Program-made: the position numbers and the translations under genes | Source of the DNA: an archaeon | Lineage (GTDB): Archaea; Iainarchaeota; Iainarchaeia; Iainarchaeales; CSSED10-239 | Assembly: GCA_035357435.1 (NCBI GenBank) | Contig: DAOPNM010000003.1 | Coordinates: 1-28,489 of the forward strand | Length of the DNA: 28,489 nt | Direction: 5' to 3' | Shown: positions 16,376 to 24,635 of the stretch, in pieces | How the letters are laid out: every line of letters begins with the position of its first letter | Numbering within the stretch: position 1 is the first letter of the stretch | The notes under the pieces: model-generated | What the model saw: the letters and a program-made list of their open reading frames with translations, nothing else | The model's database searches: none | Told to the model about the DNA's origin: nothing

Positions 16376-16939
16376 TTAAATTTTTTTTACTAACCCTTTT
16401 GGTTCTAAAATAGAAAAAACATCTTCCGGTAATTCTCCAATATCACCAACATCAAATGGGCCATATTCTTTCATATCTGCACCAATAAATGCAGGAATCT
16501 TTTCTATAAATTTAACTTTTATAAAATTTAACTCCCCATCTTTTTTTATATCTTTCTTTGAGACACCTAAAAGAGCATTTGTATATTCAATTTGCTTATC
16601 AATTAACTTTAAAATATCTTTTACAAAATCAATTTCTACATCAATCAAATTATCGTCTTTTATATCGTTTGTTCTAGAATACATTAAACACAAATTCATA
16701 CATTTTTTTAATCTTAAATCTCTAATCTTTTCAACCATTTGTTTTAGATTTTCTAATTTTTTTAAAGTTAAAGGTGAAAGAGAATCAACAGAATTAAGAT
16801 ATTTATTTCTTTCTTCTGCAACAAATTTTTTTAAAGCTTTATAGAAAGAGGGGTTAATTTTTGTTAATTGTGGAGATTTACTTTCTTGTCTATAAATTTT
16901 TCTAAGCTCATCATAATCCACTTTATATTCTTCTACCAT
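16376..16939 (-). CDS. gins51: GINS subunit (Gins51/Gins15-like); start corrected from track GTG 16945 to ATG 16939
   Basis: 187 aa, helical N-domain plus small beta C-domain. It sits immediately downstream of priS (a conserved archaeal priS-gins15 linkage) and overlaps the priS stop by 7 nt. AGGGTG SD-like element upstream of ATG 16939. No strong unique motif, so the call rests on size, context and the general sequence pattern. Confidence 0.55.
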   Translation of the reverse strand: MVEEYKVDYDELRKIYRQESKSPQLTKINPSFYKALKKFVAEERNKYLNSVDSLSPLTLKKLENLKQMVEKIRDLRLKKCMNLCLMYSRTNDIKDDNLIDVEIDFVKDILKLIDKQIEYTNALLGVSKKDIKKDGELNFIKVKFIEKIPAFIGADMKEYGPFDVGDIGELPEDVFSILEPKGLVKKI

Positions 16940-18174
16940 ACACACACACCCTTAAGCATTAAAAAAATACATATATGCTCTGGCAATTCTAATTCTTGAT
17001 TAACTTCAAATGGGCCATAACCAACCCCACACAACTCAAACTTTGGGACTGGTTTTATAATTTTTATTTTTTTTAAATTGTTTGAATAAAATACAACTGG
17101 ATCACTAAATGGATTAAACCTTCTTAATTCATCTACACCATTTATTGTTTTTGCAAGAAAACCTGTACCACCATGAATAGTATCAGGAACTCTCATAATT
17201 TTATAAATATCACCTGAAGAACTTGGATCTATTTTAAACTTTATATTATCAATTGCGTGTTTAAGAATATTTTCCCAAAAAACATCTGAATTTGTAAAAT
17301 TACTATACAATATATTATTATCCATTTGTTTTAAAATAACTTCTTTATTCTTAATTAACATCTTTGCTTTCTGTAAGGTAATATTATACCTATTTGCCAA
17401 AATATATGGATCATCTATGGAAAGCATAGACATAATATAATTCAAAATCTTTTTTGCCCATCCTTTTGAAGAAAAAGGCGGACAATACCATTGTTTTTTA
17501 TCTAAATAAAACCCTAGTTTTTCCAAATTAATATCGTTCCCTAAAAGATAAGACATCAATTGTAATCTAGTACTTTTGGTTAAAAACTTTATTTTTTCAT
17601 CAGTTATCCTTACATGATAACCTTTAGATCCAGAAAAACTAATAATAAACGTTTTTGGATCAAGAGAAAATTCATTTTCTAAAACATCAATTAATCTAAT
17701 TGTTTCTTTTTTTGCTTTACCTAAACATTCGTTACAAACATATTCAAAAATTTCTATTTGACCACCACAATTAGGGCACACATTTAAATGCCCATATCCG
17801 TGAGAACCACATTCTGGATTTTTGCAAACCCACACATCATGTTCATTTTTACAGGGCAAATCAAAATCATCTGCATCAAATTCATAACAAAGATCTGCAC
17901 CAAACCATTCTTTTTTTTCCATTGGTCTTCTGTCAGGATATTTAAAATAAGAGACTGAATAAGAAATATAAAAAGGCCCTTCTTTCCTTAAAAAATTATT
18001 TAAATCAATAAGTGAAGGAAATGCCAAATGCCTTTGATAAATTTTTTTACCATATATCCCAGTACCAAACTCTCTATGAGGAACATCAACAACATTAGAC
18101 ACAAAAGTAGATTTGTAATAATTTTGAAACTTCTCTTTTATAAAATTAATTTCATTTTGAATTATTTCTGACAT
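16933..18174 (-). CDS. priS: DNA primase small (catalytic) subunit PriS; start corrected from track TTG 18177 to ATG 18174
   Basis: 413 aa. Catalytic acidic motif LCYEFDADDFD, Zn-binding cysteines CKNPEC...CPNCGG...CNEC, motif SGSKGYHVRI, and motif IMRVPDTIHGGTGF. Confidence 0.85.
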   Translation of the reverse strand: MSEIIQNEINFIKEKFQNYYKSTFVSNVVDVPHREFGTGIYGKKIYQRHLAFPSLIDLNNFLRKEGPFYISYSVSYFKYPDRRPMEKKEWFGADLCYEFDADDFDLPCKNEHDVWVCKNPECGSHGYGHLNVCPNCGGQIEIFEYVCNECLGKAKKETIRLIDVLENEFSLDPKTFIISFSGSKGYHVRITDEKIKFLTKSTRLQLMSYLLGNDINLEKLGFYLDKKQWYCPPFSSKGWAKKILNYIMSMLSIDDPYILANRYNITLQKAKMLIKNKEVILKQMDNNILYSNFTNSDVFWENILKHAIDNIKFKIDPSSSGDIYKIMRVPDTIHGGTGFLAKTINGVDELRRFNPFSDPVVFYSNNLKKIKIIKPVPKFELCGVGYGPFEVNQELELPEHICIFLMLKGVCVW

Positions 18175-18212
18175 CAATATATTTTATCACAAAAACAATT
18201 AAAAAGAGAATA

Positions 18213-18238
18213 TATAATATAGTATAATATAGATATAG
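18213..18238. repeat. 10-bp tandem repeat (TATAATATAG x 2 plus ATATAG) in the priS upstream region
   Basis: 18213-18222 and 18223-18232 are identical. Located 39-64 nt upstream of the priS ATG, so it may contain the TATA box of an internal promoter. Confidence 0.6.
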
Positions 18239-18260
18239 CAAATATAACACAAGCAACTAT

Positions 18261-19148
18261 TTAATTAAAAACACTAAACAAAATCTTATCAACATCTTGT
18301 TCTGAATATCCTGCTTGTAACAAAATTGTTTTTATCTTATTAACTGAATATTTTATTTTTAAAAAACCTTTTACAATATCGTGTATTTTTGCACCCACTT
18401 TTGTTAACTCTTTAATAATTGTTACTGGTGAAACATTACATTCAACCAAAAGTTTAGTAAGATCTACAGAATTCATACCAGATTCCCAAAAAGACACTGC
18501 TATGTTAGAAATAGGAACATTTGCTTTTAGTAAATTTTGTGCAATTACTTTATCAACTACACCTGTTTTCCTCATCACCCAAACACAAGATGAAATAGAA
18601 AATTTTGCTTTAATAAATGAATTAATAATCTTATCTATTGGGACATCTGCATTTAATAACACAAAAGTAATACCATATGCATTATAATATTTTCTTTTTA
18701 ATTCTAAAACTATTTGAAAAACATCTACTTTTGCATCAACTAATGATTTAACAACTTCTTTATCCGGGACATTTAACTTTCTTCCTAATTCAAAAACTAT
18801 TGAAATTTTTCCTTTATTTTCAATATACCCTTGTGTAATTGATGAAAAAGAATATCCCAATTTATATAAATCAATTAATGGAAAATTCCCTTTAATAAAA
18901 TAACTTAAAGGAACACCTAATTTCATCAACTTATTAGCATTTAATCCACTTTTTAAAAGAAAATCAGAAGGTTGATTTTGCAATTTAGAATAACTAACTA
19001 ATTTTTTTACATCTGTTAAAATTGGTTTTGGTACTTGTTTTTGATTTATAGATACTGCTTTTTTAAACACAGGATTAGAAGTATGCTCTAAATTACCTAA
19101 ATTTAGCTTTATCTCTTTTTTAGTATTTAACTTTTTTTGTTGTTTCAT
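18261..19148 (-). CDS. Orphan 295-aa protein built largely of degenerate short helical repeats
   Basis: ATG start with an AAGGTAA SD-like element upstream. Repeated units: LLKSGLNANKLMKL, LVDAKVDVFQIVLEL, LLNADVPIDKIINSF, LLKANVPISNIAVSF, LLVECNVSPVTIIKEL, LLQAGYSEQDVDKIL. No nuclease or phosphoesterase motifs. Confidence 0.55.
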   Translation of the reverse strand: MKQQKKLNTKKEIKLNLGNLEHTSNPVFKKAVSINQKQVPKPILTDVKKLVSYSKLQNQPSDFLLKSGLNANKLMKLGVPLSYFIKGNFPLIDLYKLGYSFSSITQGYIENKGKISIVFELGRKLNVPDKEVVKSLVDAKVDVFQIVLELKRKYYNAYGITFVLLNADVPIDKIINSFIKAKFSISSCVWVMRKTGVVDKVIAQNLLKANVPISNIAVSFWESGMNSVDLTKLLVECNVSPVTIIKELTKVGAKIHDIVKGFLKIKYSVNKIKTILLQAGYSEQDVDKILFSVFN

Positions 19149-19198
19149 AAAAATTACCTTTTTTTCTAAATAAACATGTAGGCCCCAATAAAAATAAA

Positions 19199-21451
19199 TT
19201 ATAAATATTCCTTTATAATAGAAACACCATCATTGCCTTTATCTCTTTCAATAATATATTTTGTTGCATTTGAGACCTCTAAAAGCTTTGAATCATGTGT
19301 AATTATAAAAATTTGATCTATCAATCCAGACAACTGAACTTCTACCATTTCACCGAATGTTTTTACAGTTTTTTCATCTAAATTATGTGTTGGTTCATCT
19401 AAAATTAACAAACCTAAATCTTTTGTTAAAATTAATGCAATACTTATCCTTATACTCAAGGCAGCACATGCCCTCTCTCCCCCACTCAAAAAACCTTCTA
19501 CTCTTATCCAATCACCAGTTAATGTTTGCACCTCTAATATATAATCATCACTTGCTCTTAACCTTGCAGAAACATAATCACCATATGCATAAAGCTTTGG
19601 CCAAATAATTGACAACGTTGAATTAATATTGTCAATTAAAACATTTCTTAATTGGACTTGACTTTTTTCTATAGAAACTAAAAAATAAGAAAGATCTTGT
19701 TTTTTTACATTAAACTTATCAATATTTTTTTGAACATTTTGCATAGAAGAAATCAACATATTATAATTAGTTATATCTTTAGAAATAGAAGATAAAAGAG
19801 AATCGTAAAGTTTTTTTTGCTCCAATAAGTTTTTATTTTTTAAATCAATATTTTGATATTCTGAAAAAACTAATTGGTACTTATTTTCATCAAAAAACAA
19901 CTTAGCCAACTCTTCATTCAACTGATTTTTAGTTTTAGAAAGCTCATTTAATTGAGAAGATAATGACAAAAAAGAAATTGCATCATCTATTGCATGTAAC
20001 TCTTCTTCTAAATTGAGCACTTTATTCTTTTCTAGTTCTTTTAATTTTATAGACAAATCTTCAACAACCTTTTTGTTATTTTCTAAAGAAACTGACAACT
20101 GTGAAATCTGGGAATTGATCAATTCATTTTCTTTTAAATTTTTTTCCAATAAAGATAATTGACTTAACTTTTCAGAAAGTTGCTGTTTTAAAACATCAAG
20201 TTGTTTTTGTTTATTTAATAATTCTTGTTTTTGAAACTGCTTTTTCTGTAATTGCTCTTGAATCTTATCAGGGGTTAATGGAGATTCACAAATAGGGCAT
20301 ACAGAATATCCTTTTTGTAATTCAGATATACTTTTTTCGATATTATTCAACATATTAACAACGTCCAAATCTTTTGCTTTACAGTCTAATAATTCCTTTT
20401 CAAATACTTCTTTTTGAGAAACAAGATCACTTGTAGTTATTTGTAATGGATGTATAGAACGTTTAAACATATTTATTTTAGATTCTTGATCAGAAATTTG
20501 TTTTGTATAAAACAAAAGATTAGAATTAATGTTTTCTTTCTCTAATTGAATATCAAAAATAAATTTTTGCTTATCTTTTTTTAACTTTTCCAAATCCATC
20601 AAAGAATATGTAAAAAAAAAATTTTCCTTAGCTTTTAAAATATCTAATTGCCTTGTAATCTCATCTATTTTAGAAGACAAAACATTTATTTGTAAATTTA
20701 ATTTATCAAACTTTTCTTTATTCTGTTTTTGAATATTTAATTCTACAATTAGTTTTGATTTTTCTTCAGAAATATTTTTAAGAAGATCCATAACTTCTTC
20801 AAGTTTTGATTTCAACTCTAACTCTTTAGAAGTTAATTCAGAAATATTTATGTTTAAAATCTGTGAAGATAATTGATTTAATAAAACTTGCTGTTTATCT
20901 TGTTCAATAGATACAAAAGAAATTAATTTTCTTACATTTTCTTTCATATTCTCAAAATGGGAAATACCAAACAATTCATCAAATTTTTCTTTTCTTTTAG
21001 ATGGAGGGATTTTCAAAAAAAAATCTAATTCGTTTTGTTCAGAATAAACAATTTTTGAAAAAAGAGCATAATCTATATTTAATATTTGAGAAATTCTGTC
21101 ATTCACATCGGTTTGTTTTGGACCTGCAATTAATTTTCCATCTAAATACAATTTTGCTTGTGTTAATTTGCCTATAGTCCTTTCTACTAAATATGTTTTA
21201 TCAGCATGCGTAAACTCTAACTTCAATATTGCTTTTTCTTGCTTTGTAGGTTTAAACATCAATGTTTCAGAAATAGTTATTTTCTTACTAGACAAAGAAG
21301 GAAATGTGCCAAACAAACAATAACAAATTGCATCAACAATGCTTGATTTTCCTGAACCAATTTTCCCTATAAGAATATTTGTGCCTTTATTAAATGTGAG
21401 AAACGAATCTTTGTGTGTTTTCCAGTTTTCTAAATAAATAGATTTAATCAT
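19199..21451 (-). CDS. rad50: Rad50 SMC-like DNA double-strand-break repair ATPase (start moved from 21484 to the ATG at 21451)
   Basis: 750 aa from MIKSIYLENWKTH. Walker A GKIGSGKSSIVDAI, long coiled coil, zinc hook CPIC (SVCPICESPL), signature LSGGERACAALS, Walker B LLILDEPTHNLD, and H-loop IITHD. A TATA-like TTTAAATA lies 22-30 nt upstream of 21451. Confidence 0.85.
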   Translation of the reverse strand: MIKSIYLENWKTHKDSFLTFNKGTNILIGKIGSGKSSIVDAICYCLFGTFPSLSSKKITISETLMFKPTKQEKAILKLEFTHADKTYLVERTIGKLTQAKLYLDGKLIAGPKQTDVNDRISQILNIDYALFSKIVYSEQNELDFFLKIPPSKRKEKFDELFGISHFENMKENVRKLISFVSIEQDKQQVLLNQLSSQILNINISELTSKELELKSKLEEVMDLLKNISEEKSKLIVELNIQKQNKEKFDKLNLQINVLSSKIDEITRQLDILKAKENFFFTYSLMDLEKLKKDKQKFIFDIQLEKENINSNLLFYTKQISDQESKINMFKRSIHPLQITTSDLVSQKEVFEKELLDCKAKDLDVVNMLNNIEKSISELQKGYSVCPICESPLTPDKIQEQLQKKQFQKQELLNKQKQLDVLKQQLSEKLSQLSLLEKNLKENELINSQISQLSVSLENNKKVVEDLSIKLKELEKNKVLNLEEELHAIDDAISFLSLSSQLNELSKTKNQLNEELAKLFFDENKYQLVFSEYQNIDLKNKNLLEQKKLYDSLLSSISKDITNYNMLISSMQNVQKNIDKFNVKKQDLSYFLVSIEKSQVQLRNVLIDNINSTLSIIWPKLYAYGDYVSARLRASDDYILEVQTLTGDWIRVEGFLSGGERACAALSIRISIALILTKDLGLLILDEPTHNLDEKTVKTFGEMVEVQLSGLIDQIFIITHDSKLLEVSNATKYIIERDKGNDGVSIIKEYL

Positions 21452-21473
21452 ATATATCTTAATAAATAAACAA

Positions 21474-21481
21474 TATTTAAA
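21474..21481 (-). promoter_or_regulatory. Candidate TATA box (TTTAAATA) for rad50 and the downstream co-directional array
   Basis: Reverse strand reads GTTTAAATATTGTTTATTTATTAAGATATAT followed by ATG. Spacing fits a leaderless or near-leaderless archaeal transcript starting at about 21451. Confidence 0.35.
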
Positions 21482-21568
21482 CATTTTTGATTAAAGAAAA
21501 CAATCAATATTATGAAAAATTAATTATATTAAAAACATATAAAAAGATATTTATAAAAAAATAAATAT

Positions 21569-21766
21569 ATGACAATAAAAAACATTAAAAAAATGCTACA
21601 AGAAAACAAAGCACAAATCTCTGCAGAAATGATAATTCTTTTAGCTGCAATAATTGCAATTGTTCTTGTTGTTGTTACTCAACTCCAATCAACAACAAAA
21701 AAAGCAAATACAACAGTTACAAAAGAATCAGATAAAGTTTTTGATAAAATAGACGATATAGATTAA
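21569..21766 (+). CDS. Small archaeal type IV pilin-like protein with class III signal peptide
   Basis: 65 aa. ENKA/QISAEMIILLAAIIAIVLVVV matches the K-[GA]-Q-[IV]-S-x-E-hydrophobic pattern processed by archaeal prepilin peptidases. Confidence 0.65.
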   Translation: MTIKNIKKMLQENKAQISAEMIILLAAIIAIVLVVVTQLQSTTKKANTTVTKESDKVFDKIDDID

Positions 21767-21781
21767 AAATAAACCACAAAT

Positions 21782-22204
21782 ATGCAAACACTTTTTATAA
21801 ACACCAAAAAAGGGTCAGTAAGTTTAGAATATATTCTAATATTATGTGGGATTATTGCAATTTCAGGCACACTAATAGGCACTAGTATAAACTTATATCA
21901 TAAAAACATGGAAACTATAGATAATAAAAATATAAAACAAACAGCACAAAAAATGCAAGAAATAATTGATTTGTTTGAACTTCAACCAAATGGAAGAATG
22001 GAAATTCAAATAAAACCAATTACTGAATGGAAAATAGAACAGATTAATTCTAGGCAAATTATGCTCTCAAACAACATAAAAACATTCTACATTATTTCCA
22101 CAACAAAAATTATAATACCACAAATACATACAAACCAAGAAGGAAAAATCATACTAGAAAAACAAAACGATTATATAAATATTTATTTTCAAAAAAAAGA
22201 TTAA
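21782..22204 (+). CDS. Type IV pilin-like protein with class III signal peptide (larger, 140 aa)
   Basis: TKKG/SVSLEYILILCGIIAISGTLIG prepilin-type N-terminus followed by an approximately 100-aa globular region. Starts 15 nt after the preceding pilin gene. Confidence 0.6.
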   Translation: MQTLFINTKKGSVSLEYILILCGIIAISGTLIGTSINLYHKNMETIDNKNIKQTAQKMQEIIDLFELQPNGRMEIQIKPITEWKIEQINSRQIMLSNNIKTFYIISTTKIIIPQIHTNQEGKIILEKQNDYINIYFQKKD

Positions 22205-22830
22205 GAATACTTTTGTATAAACTTCATAATTTTATTATTTACATTCATTCTAAACTCCAAATCTTTCAACTCATTCTGCAATTGTAAAATCCTCTGCTCT
22301 GCAATATTTTTTTTTAAATCCCTTTTGTTTTGACTATATTTCCCTATTTGTGTGTTTCTATAAACTATTGAAGTATTAACTGTTTCTTTAAGCTTCTTTC
22401 TATAATCTGGATTACTATAAAATGTCTGGAAAAGTTTATCATATTCAGGATCAAGAATAACATCATCTGTTAATTTTGTATCCAATAAATCTTGTTTATA
22501 TTGTTTATCTGTTAACTTTTTAATTTGATGTTTCCAATATTTTTTATTAATATATTTAGATAATTTTGTGGTTGTTAATTTTTCTTTCTCCTTTTTCCAA
22601 TAAGCAATATTTTCTTTTAAAGAATTATAAGTGTTTTGATCATCAGAAATTTGTTTTTTTAAATCTGACAATTCTGGATAAATAATTTTTTGGCCTTCAA
22701 ACTTAAATGTTTTATTTTTAAAAAAAAAATCAAAATACACTTTATCTTTTTCTAAATTTTTTTCATCTTTTAAAAACTCTTTTAGTTCTGAAAAATTAGT
22801 TATTGTTTTTATAGATTCCATTTTAATCAT
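22201..22830 (-). CDS. Hypothetical Lys-rich, probably coiled-coil cytoplasmic protein
   Basis: 209-aa ORF with no recognisable motif or TM. Its stop overlaps the stop of the convergent pilin gene within the palindrome TTAA (22201-22204). Confidence 0.5.
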   Translation of the reverse strand: MIKMESIKTITNFSELKEFLKDEKNLEKDKVYFDFFFKNKTFKFEGQKIIYPELSDLKKQISDDQNTYNSLKENIAYWKKEKEKLTTTKLSKYINKKYWKHQIKKLTDKQYKQDLLDTKLTDDVILDPEYDKLFQTFYSNPDYRKKLKETVNTSIVYRNTQIGKYSQNKRDLKKNIAEQRILQLQNELKDLEFRMNVNNKIMKFIQKYS

Positions 22831-22967
22831 AATTATTTATACTTTATATACTTAAAAACAATAATGTTTTTAATAATAACCTACCATATATTAACTATAT
22901 ATTAGAATAGATATCAAACATATATTAAAACACTAAACAAAAATAAAACATAAAAAAATGAAAAAAT

Positions 22968-23309
22968 ATGGTTCCAGGAATAGGTGGGATAGATCCACGT
23001 AGAATAAGTGCTATGATGAAACAAATGGGCATAGAAAACAAAGAATTGCCTGCAAAAAAAGTAATTATAGAACTTGAAAATAAAAAAATAATTATAGAAA
23101 ACCCAATGGTTACAGAAATATCTATGCAAGGACAAAAAACATATCAAATAATTGGAGAATCAAAAGAAGAAACAGTAAATGAAATATCAGAAGAAGACAT
23201 CACAATGGTAATGGAAGGTGCAAAAATAGACAAACAAAAAGCAAAAGAACTATTAGAAAAAACAAATGGAGACATAGCAGAAGCTATATCTTTAGGTTTA
23301 GAAAAATAA
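22968..23309 (+). CDS. nac: Nascent polypeptide-associated complex protein (archaeal NAC alpha, NAC + UBA domains)
   Basis: 113 aa. N-terminal MKQMGIE..., NAC beta-barrel region, and C-terminal UBA-like KAKELLEKTNGDIAEAI. Confidence 0.85.
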   Translation: MVPGIGGIDPRRISAMMKQMGIENKELPAKKVIIELENKKIIIENPMVTEISMQGQKTYQIIGESKEETVNEISEEDITMVMEGAKIDKQKAKELLEKTNGDIAEAISLGLEK

Positions 23310-23310
23310 A

Positions 23311-24612
23311 CTATTTATTTTGGGATAAAGACATAAAAAGAATATTGTTTCTTGAAACATATGCTTGTACTTGTAAACTAATTAGCTCTTCATTTACATC
23401 ATCAACATTAACCCAAACATCCATTTCATTTTCATCATAAAAATATTTTTTATTCTCAATAGTCAACTCTGAAACATTAAATATAGCTTGTTGTTGCATA
23501 CTTTTTAAAACTAAATTATTTTCCTTTAATTTTGTATCAATGTCTGATTCTGAAAAATCATCTATAGGGAAAATTATTTCATAAACTTTAATAGGCTCAG
23601 AAGAAACCATCAAAGGTGTTAATCCAATTTCTTGTAATTTATTTTTTAAAAAATTATAGTCTGTCACATCTATATTCTCAGAAAAACTAATAACTAAAAT
23701 ATTTTCATTAGCATCTATAGAAAAATTGTCAAAAACATTTTCATTTTCATCTTTTATTGTATTCAAAGCTAAATTTAAGTTGTCTATATTTACATCACTA
23801 GAAAAAGAATATTCTAGATTACCAACAGTACTTATATTAACAAAAACATTATCATCATTAAATAAATCTTTAATATTATTTTCATCAAAAATTATATCCA
23901 AACTACCTTCTGCAGTAATTTTTATTTGTGGCTTCCAATAACTAACAGGCAAACTAATATTAGAAAATATAACCTGTGGAGCAGAGGAATTATTTTTTAA
24001 TTCTAGAAACATATATTGAACAGGTGTGCTTCCAGAAAAAACAACTTGAAATTGCCCAGTAACTGAATCGCCTTGCATAGAATCAACATTTGCAATTCCT
24101 TCAACAGCGCCCTCAGAAAATTCATATTCTAAAGATTGATTTGAATCATTTATTAAATTAATCTTATCTGAAGAAAGAGAGAATTTTGCATATTGATAAA
24201 ATTCTAAATTATTTAGATAATTTAATTTACTTATATTTTCAATAATTGATTCTTTCTTAGCAGCATCATAAATAATATTTGCCATAAAAGAGATATTCCC
24301 ATCCTGTAATTGAGTAAAATTACTTGTTACTTTTTTTACACCATCAATTATTCTTAAATCCCCATCAATAATTTCTTTATCAAATTCATTAGTATTAGAT
24401 ATAAAAATCAATTGTGGATAAACCTCTAAAATATTTGAATCAATTATTGCATAATAAACTTGTGCAGGTTGATTTTGATCAACACTATTTTGATCATAGA
24501 AATTGTTATTTTCTTCTGATCTTCTATTAGAAGCAACAACACCATAACTAATAATAGAACCAAGAAATAACAAAATTACAACTATAGAAAAAATAATTTC
24601 CGACTTCTTCAT
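23311..24612 (-). CDS. Hypothetical signal-anchored, acidic, Asn-rich extracellular protein (start corrected from track GTG 24621 to ATG 24612)
   Basis: 433 aa from MKKSEIIFSIVVILLFLGSIISYGVVA (N-terminal TM or signal anchor). Many N-x-S/T sequons (NFT, NIS, NDS, NQS, NSS, NVS). GGTG SD-like element about 10 nt upstream of ATG 24612. Lies 23 nt after the upstream gene. Confidence 0.55.
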   Translation of the reverse strand: MKKSEIIFSIVVILLFLGSIISYGVVASNRRSEENNNFYDQNSVDQNQPAQVYYAIIDSNILEVYPQLIFISNTNEFDKEIIDGDLRIIDGVKKVTSNFTQLQDGNISFMANIIYDAAKKESIIENISKLNYLNNLEFYQYAKFSLSSDKINLINDSNQSLEYEFSEGAVEGIANVDSMQGDSVTGQFQVVFSGSTPVQYMFLELKNNSSAPQVIFSNISLPVSYWKPQIKITAEGSLDIIFDENNIKDLFNDDNVFVNISTVGNLEYSFSSDVNIDNLNLALNTIKDENENVFDNFSIDANENILVISFSENIDVTDYNFLKNKLQEIGLTPLMVSSEPIKVYEIIFPIDDFSESDIDTKLKENNLVLKSMQQQAIFNVSELTIENKKYFYDENEMDVWVNVDDVNEELISLQVQAYVSRNNILFMSLSQNK

Positions 24613-24635
24613 GATAATCACACACCATTTTTAAT

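Noticed and set aside
16933-18174. Possibility that the 413-aa PriS is a fused PriS-PriL as described for Nanoarchaeum
   Set aside because: The extra length lies between catalytic motifs II and III (the helical insert common in PriS) and in the Zn module. The C-terminus ends right after the PriS core, and I see no PriL-like helical bundle or Fe-S cysteines. The fusion idea cannot be supported from sequence alone.
18261-19148. The 295-aa protein as a divergent Mre11 or NurA
   Set aside because: None of the phosphoesterase motifs (D-x-H, G-D-x-x-D, G-N-H-D/E, H-x-H) is present, nor the acidic N-terminal catalytic motif of NurA. The sequence is repeat-based and helical.
13231-21451. Inteins or other insertions in HerA, Rad50, PriS (and Hel308)
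   Set aside because: Protein lengths are at or below family norms. The Walker A/B and signature motifs are contiguous, with no Cys/Ser...His-Asn splice-junction blocks.
21452-21484. 11-codon N-terminal extension of rad50 (MFKYCLFIKIY) implied by the longest ORF
   Set aside because: That ATG abuts the TATA-like TTTAAATA element. The Rad50 family N-terminus begins at M-I-K-x-I-x-L-x-N-(W/F), which matches the ATG at 21451.
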